DNA of 64,000 bases from Vicinamibacteria bacterium. Lineage in GTDB: Bacteria > Acidobacteriota > Vicinamibacteria > Marinacidobacterales > Marinacidobacteraceae. Both the position numbers and the translations under genes were made by a program. The stretch spans positions 1,792,001 to 1,856,000 of the forward strand of contig OZ219816.1 of NCBI GenBank assembly GCA_964291235.2, written 5' to 3'. Positions within the stretch are counted from its first letter, which is position 1, and every line of letters starts with the position of its first letter. A model generated the notes under the pieces. That model made no database searches and was not told the origin of the DNA. It saw only the letters and a program-made list of their open reading frames with translations. Shown here one piece after another: positions 21,532-31,907 of this stretch.

Positions 21532-21657
21532 TAACCGCCGGTGGTGAAACCCCCGTGAGCGCCGAGAGGGGCGAGGCCCAGTTCTCCCGGTGGGGGGGCG
21601 GTTCAGGCGGGATGCATCGCCGCTCGAACGCCGCCGGGGTTTTGCCACAGGCGGTTA
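21532..21657. mobile_element. MITE-like repeat copy C (internally deleted; one 18-mer)
   Basis: Ends taaccgccggtggtgaaacccc / ggggttttgccacaggcggtta. Confidence 0.78.
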
Positions 21658-21668
21658 AACTCGGAAGG

Positions 21669-23096
21669 GTGTTCGGAGCGTCGAGACCTTCCGCCGCGGA
21701 GCCGGCGCAGCGCGCCTCCCGATGGGTGGCCGGGTTGGCGGCCGGCGTGTCGCTTGCCGCCGGGTGCGCCTCCCGGCCCCCGCCGGAGATCCCGGTGGTT
21801 CCCCTGGACAGCTGGATGTACGTCGAGGACCAGGCGCCGGCTCCCGGGCCGGGCCTCTCCGAAGGTGCGGCCCTCGACCTCGGGCAGAGCTGGGAACGGA
21901 TCGTGGCCGGCCGGCTTGGAGAAGCGGACCTGCAACTCGCGCCGCTCCGCATCGCGGCGCCGGACGACCCGGGAGTCCTCTCGGCGGCCGGTTTTTTCGC
22001 TCTCCGCAGCGGGGATCTCACCGGGGCGGAGGAACTCTTCGATCGGGCCCTCGCGGCTGCGCCCAACGATGTCCTCGCTTCGCTTGGCGCCGTCCTCCTG
22101 GTTCTCGACAGCGAGGATCAGGAACTGCTCTTCACGAAACTGCGGCGGCTGTCGGAACTCGACCCGGGCGCTTTGGTGGTCTCCGAGCGGCTGCCCGGAT
22201 TGGCGCTCGAGGTAGCGGAGAACCGCCTCGCGCGCGCCCGGCAACTCGCGCGCTCCGAGGACGAGGGCTCGTCGGTCGCCGAGGCGTATCGCGCGGCGCT
22301 GGAAGCGATGCCGGACTCGGCAGACCTGTTCCTCGAGGCCGCTGAGGCGGCAGCGGCTGCCGGGGACCGCCAGAGCGCACGCGAGTGGTTCGAAGCCGTC
22401 GCCTCGAACCCGTCGGCGAGCCGGCGCCAGGCCCTGAACGCGGGGTTGGCCGCCGCCGAACTGCTCGCCGACGAGCGCCGTTTCGCCGACAGTCTCACCC
22501 TTCTCGACGGGATTCTCGCGGATCCGGCGGTGGGCGGTTTCAGCGATCTGCAAGGGCGCGCCGAAAGACTGGGGCGGCGCCTCGAGGTGGCGAGGCTTTC
22601 GGAGCTATACACAAGGATTCGGGAAGCGGAGCGCGTCACCCGTGAACAGCTCGCCGCGCTCCTGGCGGCCGAAATCGGAGAACCCGACGGCCAGGATTCC
22701 CTTTCCGCGGACCCGGTGATCGCCATCGATCTCGAACGGAGCTGGGCGGCCAGCCTGATCCAGACGGCCGTCGGCGCCGGTTACCTCCGCCTGTATCCCG
22801 ATCACACCTTCAAGCCACGCGGTCTCGTGACCCGCGCCGAACTCGCGGTGTCGTTGGCGGCGGTGTTCGGGAGGTTCGACCCCGACGCCCGGCGGAATGC
22901 CCTGGACGACTCTTCCGGGCTGGAGCTCAACGATGTGCCACCCGACCACCGCTACCGCGAGGCGGTCGCCATAGCGGTGGAACTCGGGCTGCTCGGGGTT
23001 TCGGACGAAGGCGCGTTCCGGCCGCTGGCCTTCGCGTCCGGCGCCCAAGCGGTGCGCGCCGTGCACACGCTTCGCGATTTCCTCGGCCGTTCCTGA
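21669..23096 (+). CDS. TPR-repeat lipoprotein with C-terminal S-layer homology (SLH) domains
   Basis: Lipobox 'LAAGC'; helical repeats; 'YPDHTFKPRGLVTRAELA', 'DVPPDHRY', 'GAFRP'; start uncertain. Confidence 0.78.
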   Translation: MFGASRPSAAEPAQRASRWVAGLAAGVSLAAGCASRPPPEIPVVPLDSWMYVEDQAPAPGPGLSEGAALDLGQSWERIVAGRLGEADLQLAPLRIAAPDDPGVLSAAGFFALRSGDLTGAEELFDRALAAAPNDVLASLGAVLLVLDSEDQELLFTKLRRLSELDPGALVVSERLPGLALEVAENRLARARQLARSEDEGSSVAEAYRAALEAMPDSADLFLEAAEAAAAAGDRQSAREWFEAVASNPSASRRQALNAGLAAAELLADERRFADSLTLLDGILADPAVGGFSDLQGRAERLGRRLEVARLSELYTRIREAERVTREQLAALLAAEIGEPDGQDSLSADPVIAIDLERSWAASLIQTAVGAGYLRLYPDHTFKPRGLVTRAELAVSLAAVFGRFDPDARRNALDDSSGLELNDVPPDHRYREAVAIAVELGLLGVSDEGAFRPLAFASGAQAVRAVHTLRDFLGRS

Positions 23097-23107
23097 ACCC
23101 GGCCGCG

Positions 23108-24196
23108 TCAGCCGCGGCCGGAGACGTAGTGCCGGCCCGCCTTCATGAGCCGAACGAAGGCATCCTCATCGTCGTCATGGATCACCGCGGCAAGACGCGA
23201 GACCGCGGCCGCGAGATTGTGGATCGCCCCCGGTCCGTGGGGATTGCACTGCTGAATCTCGTAGTAGAGATGGGGGTTCTCCCGGGCCACCGCCGCCGCC
23301 ACCTGTAGCTGGCGGTCGAACGTCACGCTCGACATGCGAGCGAGCCGGGGCGCCTGCTCGCCGCTTTCGGCGAGCGCGGTCAGGAAAGCCAGGTTCAGCG
23401 CGTGGGAGAGGCCGAGGACATAGGCGATCAACGGGTCGTGCTCGACCAGGGGCATCCGCAGGATCTCGGCCATGCTGCCACCGAAGACCCCGGCCGCTTC
23501 CTCCGCCGCCCCGGAATCACCCACATCCATGACCAGCACGTGGCAGCCGTGGAGGACGTACGTGTCGGGACCGAACATGGGATGCACGGAGGCAACCCGG
23601 CAGCCGCTCCGCGCGAGCGCCTGAAGACCGGGCACCACCGGCGCCTTGACGGACGCGATATCGAAGACAAGCCCCTGCCTCCCCTCCGAGGCGATGCCTT
23701 GCAGCATCTCGGCGCTGGCCTGCAGCGGCGCCGCCACCACCGTCAGGGCGAACTCGTCCGGTGTCTCCCGCCAGTCCGCGGCTACCGGAACCCCGCTCGG
23801 GCCGCCGGCGGGGTCGGCCACCTGGACCGCGTATCCCTGCGCCGTCAGGAACCGGCAGAACCACCGCCCCATACGCCCTCCGCCACCGATGACGAGCGCG
23901 GGCCGGCCCGCCCCCTGCCCCTCGGCCCGCAACCGGATGTCTTCCTGGCGGGCCAGCGCAGAGTGCATCAGGAGGCCCACCAGATCGGCGGCCAGGTCTT
24001 CCGGAATACCCCGCTCGGCCGCGTGAGCACGAGCCCGCCGCACCACCTGGGCTTCCTGTTCCGGATCGTGGATCGCCCGGCCAGCCGCCTGTTTCAGGCG
24101 TCCGATCGCTGACGTGATGGCGTCCCGGCGCGCCCAGGCGTCGAGAATCTCCCGATCTACGGCTTCGAGGGCGGCGCGCAGGGCGTCAATGTCCAT
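23108..24196 (-). CDS. tyrA: Bifunctional chorismate mutase / prephenate dehydrogenase
   Basis: N-terminal CM 'IDALRAALEAVDREIL...D.EQE'; 'IGGGGRMG', 'DIASVK', 'HPMFGP', 'HD...YVLGLSH'. Confidence 0.9.
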   Translation of the reverse strand: MDIDALRAALEAVDREILDAWARRDAITSAIGRLKQAAGRAIHDPEQEAQVVRRARAHAAERGIPEDLAADLVGLLMHSALARQEDIRLRAEGQGAGRPALVIGGGGRMGRWFCRFLTAQGYAVQVADPAGGPSGVPVAADWRETPDEFALTVVAAPLQASAEMLQGIASEGRQGLVFDIASVKAPVVPGLQALARSGCRVASVHPMFGPDTYVLHGCHVLVMDVGDSGAAEEAAGVFGGSMAEILRMPLVEHDPLIAYVLGLSHALNLAFLTALAESGEQAPRLARMSSVTFDRQLQVAAAVARENPHLYYEIQQCNPHGPGAIHNLAAAVSRLAAVIHDDDEDAFVRLMKAGRHYVSGRG

Positions 24197-24342
24197 GGCC
24201 CGAATGGTAGGCCCCGCCGGCCGGCCGGCCCGCCGCCAGGCCGGATGCCCGAGAGTCGCCACCGATACACTGCTTTCGGCAACCGGGGCGGCTTCGGATC
24301 CGCCGTCCGGCCGCCTTCCCCCCAGGGTGGATCAAGGAGGCA

Positions 24343-26112
24343 GTGAGCATGGATTCAGGGACGGCTGCTCCCGACCATCACATCCGCTACGAGCCGGACG
24401 ACCGGCCGCCGCTCCCGATCACCATGGGGCTCGGGCTGCAATACGCGATGATCTCGGTCGCGAGCGTGGTGCTGGCGCCGACCATCATGATCGGCATCGC
24501 CGGCGGCAGCGACGCCTACCTGTCGTGGGCGGTCTGCAGCGCCCTCCTGATCAGCGGAATCACCACGGCGATCCAGGCGCGGCGGGTCGGGCGCATCGGA
24601 GCGGGGTACATCCTGGTCATGGGCACCTCGACGGCTTTCCTGGCCATCTGCATTTCCGCGCTCGAGCGGGGCGGTCCCGGGCTGCTCGCGAGCCTGATCA
24701 TCGTCGCGGCGCTCTTCCAGTTCGCGGTAGCGGCCAAGATGTCGCTCCTGCGGCGCATCTTCACGCCCACCGTCGCCGGAACCGTGCTGATGCTCATCCC
24801 GGTGGACGTAGCGCCGGTGATCATCCGCAAGTTGACCGATGTGCCGGAAGGCACTTCGGCGGCAGCGGCTCCGATCATCGCCGCGGTAACCCTGCTGGTT
24901 ACCGTCGTCATTGCGCTCCGTGCCACCGGCAGTTTGCGGGTGTGGGCCCCGGCTCTCGGCATCGTCGGGGGATGTGTGGTGGCGGGTCTGGGGTTCGGCA
25001 TCTATGACACCTCGGCGATCGCGGCGGCTTCCTGGGTGGGGCTTCCCGCGTTCGGGTTTCCCGGGCTTGGTTTCAGCTTCGGGCCGGCCTTCTGGGCGCT
25101 GCTGCCGGCCTTTGTCCTGGTGACGCTCGTCGGAGCCATGGACACTCTCGGAGACGCGATCGCCATCCAGCGGGTGTCGTGGAGGAAGCCCCGCGCCATT
25201 GACTTCCGATCCATCCAGGGAGCGTTGAACGCCGACGGGGTCGGCAACCTGCTGGCCGGGATGGCCGGCACGGTGCCGAACACCACCTACGGCAACAGCA
25301 TCGCGGTCGCCGAACTGACGGGCATCGCCGCTCGCAGGGTGGGAATCTGGGTCGGCGTGGTCTTTGCGCTACTCGCCGTGCTGCCCAAGTTCGTGGCCGC
25401 GATTGTTGCGATCCCCGGGCCGACGGTCGGCGGGTACTACCTGGTGCTCGTCGCCCTGCTCTTCATCTTCGGCGTAAAGATCGTCATCCAGGACGGCCTC
25501 GACTACCGGCGGAGCATCATCGTCGGGCTGGCGTTCTGGATCGGAGTGGGCTTCAAGTTCGGCTGGATTTTCCCGGACTATTTCCAAGGATCCTGGAGTG
25601 ATCTCCTGGGGAACGGCATGACCGTGGGGGGTTTCATGGTCATCTTCCTGAACCTGGTCGCAGAGTTCGGGCGGAAGCGCCGCCTGCGGCTCAGCACCGC
25701 GCTCAACGAGGATGCCTTCGAGAAGGTGGACAGCCTGCTGGCGCGGCTGGCCGCCGACCGGGGCTGGAACGAAACGATGGTGCGGCAGGTACGGGCGGTG
25801 GGCGAGGAGACGCTCCATGTGCTGCTCCGGGACGCCGGGCGGGCCGACGGGGAGCGGCGCCTACTGCTCATCGCCGAAGGGGACGGAAGTCGTGCGGAAC
25901 TCGAGTTCATCGCGGCGATGGAGGAAGCGAATCTCGAGGACCGTATGGCAATGCTCACCGAAGGAGCGGCGGGCACCCCCAGCGAGGAGGAGTTGCCGCT
26001 GCGGCTCCTGCGGCATTACGCCTCGTCGGTCCGGCACCAGCAGTACCACGACACCGATGTGGTGGCCGTCCACGTAGACGCCTCGCCGGCCCGGCGGCCT
26101 GCTGCGGACTAA
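24343..26112 (+). CDS. NCS2 (xanthine/uracil permease) family transporter with ~140-aa soluble C-terminal domain
   Basis: 'YEPDDRPP...LGLQ', 'SGITTAIQ', 'RRIFTPTVAGTV', 'GALNADGVGN', 'PNTTY'; start at 24343 or 24349. Confidence 0.82.
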   Translation: MSMDSGTAAPDHHIRYEPDDRPPLPITMGLGLQYAMISVASVVLAPTIMIGIAGGSDAYLSWAVCSALLISGITTAIQARRVGRIGAGYILVMGTSTAFLAICISALERGGPGLLASLIIVAALFQFAVAAKMSLLRRIFTPTVAGTVLMLIPVDVAPVIIRKLTDVPEGTSAAAAPIIAAVTLLVTVVIALRATGSLRVWAPALGIVGGCVVAGLGFGIYDTSAIAAASWVGLPAFGFPGLGFSFGPAFWALLPAFVLVTLVGAMDTLGDAIAIQRVSWRKPRAIDFRSIQGALNADGVGNLLAGMAGTVPNTTYGNSIAVAELTGIAARRVGIWVGVVFALLAVLPKFVAAIVAIPGPTVGGYYLVLVALLFIFGVKIVIQDGLDYRRSIIVGLAFWIGVGFKFGWIFPDYFQGSWSDLLGNGMTVGGFMVIFLNLVAEFGRKRRLRLSTALNEDAFEKVDSLLARLAADRGWNETMVRQVRAVGEETLHVLLRDAGRADGERRLLLIAEGDGSRAELEFIAAMEEANLEDRMAMLTEGAAGTPSEEELPLRLLRHYASSVRHQQYHDTDVVAVHVDASPARRPAAD

Positions 26113-26138
26113 GATTTCCCGCCTCCCGTGACGGTCCC

Positions 26139-27629
26139 TTGCTACTCCCTTCCCGCTCCGATTTCCGCGCGCTCTCGAAACGGGCGAACCTGATTCCCGT
26201 TCGGCGGGAGATCCTCGCCGACTGCGATACCCCGGTATCGACCTTTCTCCGGGTAGGGAATCGGGGGCCGGCATTCCTGATGGAGTCGATAGAGGGCGGC
26301 GAGAGCGTCGCCCGGTATTCCTTTCTGGGATCGAGGCCACGACTCATCGTCGAGAGTCGCGGGACCGAAGTCAGGCGCCGTGATCTGCGCGATGGCCGGA
26401 CCGAAACTCTCGACAGCAACGATCCCCTGTCGGCGCTGCGGGACATGCTCAAGGAAGTGAGCCCGGCCAACGTCGAGGGGCTTCCCCCGTTTCACGGCGG
26501 CTTCGTCGGCTATCTCGCCTACGACGCGGTACGGCGCTTCGAGAACCTCCCGGACACCGTCGAGGACTCGCTCCGCATTCCCGATGCGGCGTTTCTGTTG
26601 GCCGACAGCGTGCTGGTCTTCGACCGCGCCCGCAACGTCATCCAGGTGGTGGTGAACGCCAGCGTCCCCGATGAGAGCCTCGCCGACCAGGCCTACGACG
26701 CCGCCGCGGCCCAGATCGAAGCAACCGTCGGCGAAATCCGGGCGCCGCTTCCCTATCGACTGGGCCTCCCGGGGGGCGCCCCCGGGCCGGCGCCCGAACC
26801 GGTTTCCAACACCAGCCGCGAGCGGTATCTGGAAATGGTGCGACGGGCCAAGGACTACGTGGCCGCCGGCGACATCATCCAGGTCGTTCCCTCGCAGCGC
26901 TTCGAGACACCGCTCACGGTCCACCCCTTCGACTTTTACCGGGCGCTCCGGGTGGTGAACCCCTCGCCCTACATGTACTACCTGGACTTTGACGGGCTGG
27001 TGGTTGCGGGCGCCTCGCCGGAAATGATGACCCGCACCGAGGACGGCACGATCGAAACCCGGCCGATCGCCGGAACCCGCCCACGCGGGAGCACTCCCGA
27101 AGAAGACGCCGCTCTAGCCGACGAACTCCTCGCCGACGAAAAGGAACGCGCCGAACACCTGATGCTGGTGGACCTCGCTCGCAATGACATCGGCCGGGTG
27201 GCCGGGTACGGCCAGGTCGAGGTCGAGGACTTCATGAGCATCGAGCGCTACTCGCACGTGATGCACATCGTGTCCCGGGTGCGGGGGAAACTCGGCCCCG
27301 ACATGGACTCCTTCGACGCGCTCCGCGCCACCTTTCCGGCCGGAACGCTCTCCGGCGCCCCCAAGATCCGCGCCATGGAAATCATCGATGAACTCGAGAC
27401 CGAGCGGCGCGGGGTGTACGGCGGCGCGGTGGGCTACTTCTCCTACAGCGGCGCCTCCGACACCGCCATCGCCATCCGGACACTGGTAGCGCAGGGGGGG
27501 GTCGGCTACTTCCAGGCAGGGGGCGGCGTCGTCGCGGACTCCGACCCGGCCGCGGAGTACGACGAAAGCTGCCGAAAGGCGGATGCGGTGCTTGCCGCCC
27601 TCCGCATGGCCCAGGAGGGTCTGGACTAG
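26139..27629 (+). CDS. trpE: Anthranilate synthase component I
   Basis: 'LMESIEGGE...RYSF', 'NPSPYMYY', 'PIAGTRPRG', 'KERAEHLMLVDLARND', 'GTLSGAPKIRAM'; followed by trpG. Confidence 0.92.
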   Translation: MLLPSRSDFRALSKRANLIPVRREILADCDTPVSTFLRVGNRGPAFLMESIEGGESVARYSFLGSRPRLIVESRGTEVRRRDLRDGRTETLDSNDPLSALRDMLKEVSPANVEGLPPFHGGFVGYLAYDAVRRFENLPDTVEDSLRIPDAAFLLADSVLVFDRARNVIQVVVNASVPDESLADQAYDAAAAQIEATVGEIRAPLPYRLGLPGGAPGPAPEPVSNTSRERYLEMVRRAKDYVAAGDIIQVVPSQRFETPLTVHPFDFYRALRVVNPSPYMYYLDFDGLVVAGASPEMMTRTEDGTIETRPIAGTRPRGSTPEEDAALADELLADEKERAEHLMLVDLARNDIGRVAGYGQVEVEDFMSIERYSHVMHIVSRVRGKLGPDMDSFDALRATFPAGTLSGAPKIRAMEIIDELETERRGVYGGAVGYFSYSGASDTAIAIRTLVAQGGVGYFQAGGGVVADSDPAAEYDESCRKADAVLAALRMAQEGLD

Positions 27630-27811
27630 CAGCCTATGGCAAAACCCCCGCGGCGTTCGACGGGCGATCCATCCCGGCTGAACCACTCCGCTTCGCTTCG
27701 TTCTGCGTTGCGTTTCGGTCGAAATACACCCGGTATTCCTCCCTCACGCGCCTTGTCAGCCGGGCGCCTCACCCGTCTCGGCGCTCACGGGGGTTTCACC
27801 ACAGGCTGCTA
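27627..27811. mobile_element. MITE-like repeat copy D (185 bp, no 18-mer; usable as the empty reference)
   Basis: Ends tagcagcctatggcaaaacc / ggtttcaccacaggctgcta; begins on the trpE TAG stop. Confidence 0.82.
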
Positions 27812-27833
27812 ACCACCCCTGGCACGATCCGTC

Positions 27834-28397
27834 ATGACCCTCGTCCTCGATAACTACGACTCGTTTACCTTCAATTTGGTGCAGCTGCTCGGGGAACTGG
27901 GTGCGCGGCCCCGGGTCGTTCGGAACGATGCGATGACTCCGGCCGAGATCCGGGATCTGCGACCGGAGCGGGTGGTCATCTCTCCCGGACCCTGTTCGCC
28001 GGAAAAGGCGGGCATTTCCGTGGATCTCGTCCGGGAACTCGCCGGGAAGACCCCCCTGCTCGGGGTGTGCCTCGGCCACCAGTCCGTGGTTCAGGCCCTC
28101 GGTGGCCGGATCCGGCGGGCGCACCGCCTCGTCCACGGCAAGACCTCGCCGGTGCGCCATAATGGCGAAGAACTGTTCGCCGGGCTGGAGAACCCCTTCG
28201 AGGCCACCCGCTATCACTCGCTGGTCGCCGATGAGCCGCTGCCGAGAGAGCTTGAAGTGACCGCCCGCTCCGACGATCAGGAAGTCATGGGACTTCGACA
28301 CCGGAGCGCACCGCTCTGGGGTGTCCAGTTCCACCCCGAATCCATCCTCACCCCCGCGGGAAGACCACTGCTCCAGAACTTCCTCGACCTGACATGA
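27834..28397 (+). CDS. trpG: Anthranilate synthase component II (glutamine amidotransferase)
   Basis: '[10 protein letters not shown]', 'SPGP', 'GVCLGHQ', 'RYHSL', 'QFHPESILT'. Confidence 0.93.
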   Translation: MTLVLDNYDSFTFNLVQLLGELGARPRVVRNDAMTPAEIRDLRPERVVISPGPCSPEKAGISVDLVRELAGKTPLLGVCLGHQSVVQALGGRIRRAHRLVHGKTSPVRHNGEELFAGLENPFEATRYHSLVADEPLPRELEVTARSDDQEVMGLRHRSAPLWGVQFHPESILTPAGRPLLQNFLDLT

Positions 28398-29467
28398 CGA
28401 CGCGCCCGCCCGAATCCACCTGCATGGTGCTCATCCTGAACCAATGGGCGACCGAGCAAGACATCAACCACCTGACCCGCCTGGTCGAGGAGAAGGCCCT
28501 CGAGTGGGCGCTTCACCCTGCCGAAGTGCGGAACCAGATTCACGTTCTCGGCGATCTCTCCCGGGAGACGGAAGCCTTCTGGCGCACGCAACCCGGCGTC
28601 CAGCAGGTGTATGGCCTGGCCAAGCCCTACAAGCTGGCCAACAAGACCCACCACCAGTCCAACACCCAGATCCCGATCGGCACCCAGCAGCTCGGCAGCA
28701 AGGATCTGGTCATCTTCGGGGGGCCCTGCGCGCTCGAGAGCGAGGAACAGGGCATGACCTCCGCCTTGATGCTCCAGGATCTCGGGCTCGAAATCATGCG
28801 GGCCTCGGCCTTCAAGCCGCGCAGCTCGCCCTATTCCTTCCAGGGTCTCGGAGTGGAGGGGCTCCACATCCTCAAGCGCATCCGGGAACGCACCGGCATC
28901 CTGGTCGAGACCGAGGTGATGGACGTCCGCGATGTCGAGGTCGCGGCGGACCTCGTGGACGTGATCCGGATCGGCGCCCGCAACATGCAGAACTTCGACC
29001 TTCTCAAGGAGGCGGGCCGCGTCCAGACCCCGGTCATCCTCAAGCGGGGCATGGCCAACACGATCCGGGAGTTCCTGTTGGCTACCGAATACATCCTGCA
29101 GGGGAACCCGAACGTGATCCTGTGCGAACGGGGTATCCGGTCGTTCGAGACGGCGTACCGCAACACGCTGGACGTAGGAGCCATCGCGGTACTGAAGCAG
29201 GAAACGCACCTGCCGGTCATCGCGGACCCGAGCCACAGCGCCGGCAACAAGACGCTGGTACCGGCGCTCTCGCTGGCCGCGGTCGCGGCCGGGGCAGACG
29301 GACTCCTGGTCGAGGTGCATCCCAACCCCTCGGTGGCGCTCAGCGACGGGGATCAGTCGCTCTACCCCCATCAGTTCATGAACCTGATGACGGATCTGCG
29401 AAGGGTCGGAAAGGCCGTCGGGCGGCGGTTACTGGCGGAACGGGCGACAAGCGCAGCGTCCCGATGA
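28394..29467 (+). CDS. aroF: DAHP synthase type I-beta with N-terminal regulatory domain
   Basis: 'GPCALES', '[14 protein letters not shown]', 'IGARNMQNF', 'LCERGIR', 'DPSH'. Confidence 0.92.
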   Translation: MTTRPPESTCMVLILNQWATEQDINHLTRLVEEKALEWALHPAEVRNQIHVLGDLSRETEAFWRTQPGVQQVYGLAKPYKLANKTHHQSNTQIPIGTQQLGSKDLVIFGGPCALESEEQGMTSALMLQDLGLEIMRASAFKPRSSPYSFQGLGVEGLHILKRIRERTGILVETEVMDVRDVEVAADLVDVIRIGARNMQNFDLLKEAGRVQTPVILKRGMANTIREFLLATEYILQGNPNVILCERGIRSFETAYRNTLDVGAIAVLKQETHLPVIADPSHSAGNKTLVPALSLAAVAAGADGLLVEVHPNPSVALSDGDQSLYPHQFMNLMTDLRRVGKAVGRRLLAERATSAASR

Positions 29468-30576
29468 CCGAGCGGGTCCCGGTCGAAACGCCGGGACGGA
29501 GCGCTTCCTACGAGATCGTCATCGGAGGCGCGGCGCTCGACGAACTGGCGTCGTTCCTCGGCACCCGCTTCGCCAAGCGCCGCGTCGCCGTGATCGGCGA
29601 CGCCGAAGCGCTGCGATACCACGGCGACCGGCTACGCGCCGGACTTCCACAAGATACCCCGGTTCTCGAGGTACCCCCCGGCGAAGCGTCGAAATCGCGA
29701 GCCGAAAAAATGCGCCTCGAGGACGAACTCCTCTCCCGCCGCCTGGGCCGCGACACGGTAGTCGTCGGATTCGGCGGCGGCGTCGTGACCGATCTCGCGG
29801 GGTTCGTGGCCGCGACCTACCTTCGCGGAGTGCCCTTTGTGGCGGTGCCGACCACGCTGCTCGCGGCAGTGGACGCTTCCGTGGGGGGCAAGACAGGGGT
29901 CAACACTCCGCACGGAAAGAACCTGATCGGAGTGTTCAGCCAGCCTGCCGCCGTCTTCGCGGACACCCGGTGTCTCGCAACCCTCTCCGAACCGGACTTC
30001 CTGAGCGGGGTCGCCGAGGCCCTCAAGATGGCCACCACCAGCGACGCGGAACTGTTCGCCGAGTTGGAAGGGGACACCCGAACCCTGCGAGCCCGGGATT
30101 CCGGCGCGCTGATCCGGCTCATCGCCGCGGCGGTCCGGATCAAGACGGCCGTCGTCGCCGCCGACGAACGGGAGAGCGGGTTGCGCGAGGTGCTCAACTT
30201 CGGCCACACCATCGGACACGGCCTCGAGCACGCGACGGATTACCGGCTGGCGCACGGCGCCGCGACCGCCATCGGCATGATCGCGGAGAGCCGGATGGCG
30301 CGGCGGGCAGGTGTTCTGGAACCCGAGGCCGAAGACCGTCTTCACTCCCTGATCGACGCCATCGGCCTGCCGAAACGAACGTCCGGCAAGGTGGAGCGCG
30401 CCCGCGTCCTGGCGGCACTCGGGAGCGACAAGAAGGCGCGCGGCGGCGAAGCGCGTTTCGTCATGCTCGAAGCCATCGGCCGCGTCAGGAACCGGGATGG
30501 CCGGGGCCGGACGGCGTATTCCTTCCCCCTGCCCGCGGGAGTTGTGGATTCGGGGCTCTCGGCGATCGGGCTTTGA
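29464..30576 (+). CDS. aroB: 3-dehydroquinate synthase
   Basis: 'GGGVVTDLAGF', 'PTTLLAAVDASVGGKTGVN', 'LNFGHTIGHGLE'; ATGA overlap with aroF. Confidence 0.94.
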   Translation: MTERVPVETPGRSASYEIVIGGAALDELASFLGTRFAKRRVAVIGDAEALRYHGDRLRAGLPQDTPVLEVPPGEASKSRAEKMRLEDELLSRRLGRDTVVVGFGGGVVTDLAGFVAATYLRGVPFVAVPTTLLAAVDASVGGKTGVNTPHGKNLIGVFSQPAAVFADTRCLATLSEPDFLSGVAEALKMATTSDAELFAELEGDTRTLRARDSGALIRLIAAAVRIKTAVVAADERESGLREVLNFGHTIGHGLEHATDYRLAHGAATAIGMIAESRMARRAGVLEPEAEDRLHSLIDAIGLPKRTSGKVERARVLAALGSDKKARGGEARFVMLEAIGRVRNRDGRGRTAYSFPLPAGVVDSGLSAIGL

Positions 30577-31907
30577 TCGAAATCGCCCCGGGGCCGGATG
30601 CTCCCTCCGCCTCGGTCCGGGTCCCCGGCAGCAAGTACGAGGCGAACCGGTTCCTGATCGCCGCCGCCCTCACCGACGGGACCACCCACCTCTCGGGCCT
30701 TCCGGAGGGGGAGGACATCCGGGCGGCCGTTTCGGCCGTAGGGGCGCTCGGCGCCCGCACCACGCGTCACGGGGCCGACCTCGAGGTGCGGGGTCCTCCG
30801 GATGCAAGTGGCGCGGCCGACACCGCTCCCGGCTCCGGGGACAGGACCGCGGTCTCGGTAGGCGAGTCAGGAACGCTGCTCCGCTTCCTGACGGCGGCGG
30901 CGGCCACCGTGCCGCAGACCGTCGCCATCGGCGGAACCGGAAGGATTCGAGAAAGGCCCATCGCGGACCTCGTGGCGGCGCTCGAGGCACTCGGCGCCGA
31001 CATCGGTACGACCCGGGGTTTCGCACCCCTCACGGTACGCTCCGGCCGGCTCAGCGGCGGGGAAGTACGGGTGGCCGCCACCCAAAGCAGCCAGTTCGCG
31101 AGCGCGCTGCTCCTTGCCGCCCCCCGCGCCGCCGGCGGGCTCTCCATCGTCTTGGAGAGCGATCCGGTGTCGGCTTCCTATCTCGACCTGACCGTCAGCG
31201 TGATGGCCCGCTGCGGGGTATCCGTCGAGCGGACCACGCCGCTCCGGTTCCGGGTGCGTCCGGGCGCCCGCTACCGACCCGGCGCACACCGGATTTCGGG
31301 GGACTGGACGACCGCGAGCTACTTCTTCGCCGCCGCCGCCATCGCGCCGGGGCGCGTCACGGTGGGCGGCCTCGATCCGGAATCTCCTCAGGGCGAACGA
31401 GGTTTCCCCGGGATCCTGAACCGGATGGGCTGCGGCGTGAAGGAGGAACGCTCGGAGGACGGCGTTCGGGTCACGGTCACCGGCGCCACGCGGCTCCGCG
31501 GGATCTCGGTTGATATGGGCTCGATGCCCGATGCCGCTCCCACGCTGGCGGCGATTGCGCCCTTCGCTGGGGAACCCACCCGTATTGGCGGGATCGGACA
31601 CCTGCGACACAAGGAGAGCGACCGGATCGCCGCCCTCGCCGACGGACTCCGCCGCCTCGGAGTCCGGGTATCTCCGGGGGAGGAGGGCCTTGCCATCGAG
31701 CCCCCGGGCGCGGATGACGCGTTTCGTCCGGGGCTCATAGACCCATACGGCGACCACCGGATCGCGATGGCGCTGGCGCTCACGGGGCTCCGGATTCCGG
31801 GAGTCCGGATCCGGACTCCGGACGTGGTCGGCAAGTCGTTCCCGGAGTTCTGGGACGCGTTGTCGGGACTCGGCGCGCGGGTGACCCGCCGGGAGGACGG
31901 GGCGTGA
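30573..31907 (+). CDS. aroA: EPSP synthase
   Basis: 'VPGSK..NR', 'SGT..RF', 'SSQFASALL', 'LRHKESDRI', 'DHRIAM', 'KSFPEFW'; TTGA overlap with aroB. Confidence 0.92.
   Translation: MIEIAPGPDAPSASVRVPGSKYEANRFLIAAALTDGTTHLSGLPEGEDIRAAVSAVGALGARTTRHGADLEVRGPPDASGAADTAPGSGDRTAVSVGESGTLLRFLTAAAATVPQTVAIGGTGRIRERPIADLVAALEALGADIGTTRGFAPLTVRSGRLSGGEVRVAATQSSQFASALLLAAPRAAGGLSIVLESDPVSASYLDLTVSVMARCGVSVERTTPLRFRVRPGARYRPGAHRISGDWTTASYFFAAAAIAPGRVTVGGLDPESPQGERGFPGILNRMGCGVKEERSEDGVRVTVTGATRLRGISVDMGSMPDAAPTLAAIAPFAGEPTRIGGIGHLRHKESDRIAALADGLRRLGVRVSPGEEGLAIEPPGADDAFRPGLIDPYGDHRIAMALALTGLRIPGVRIRTPDVVGKSFPEFWDALSGLGARVTRREDGA

Noticed and set aside
20646-21668. N-terminal extension of the 816-aa ORF
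   Set aside because: It runs antisense to the TlpA gene and through MITE copy C; the lipoprotein signal indicates a start near 21669.
28444-29463. Apparent 710-aa AroB fusion
   Set aside because: The extension is an alternative frame of aroF; AroB starts at ATG 29464.
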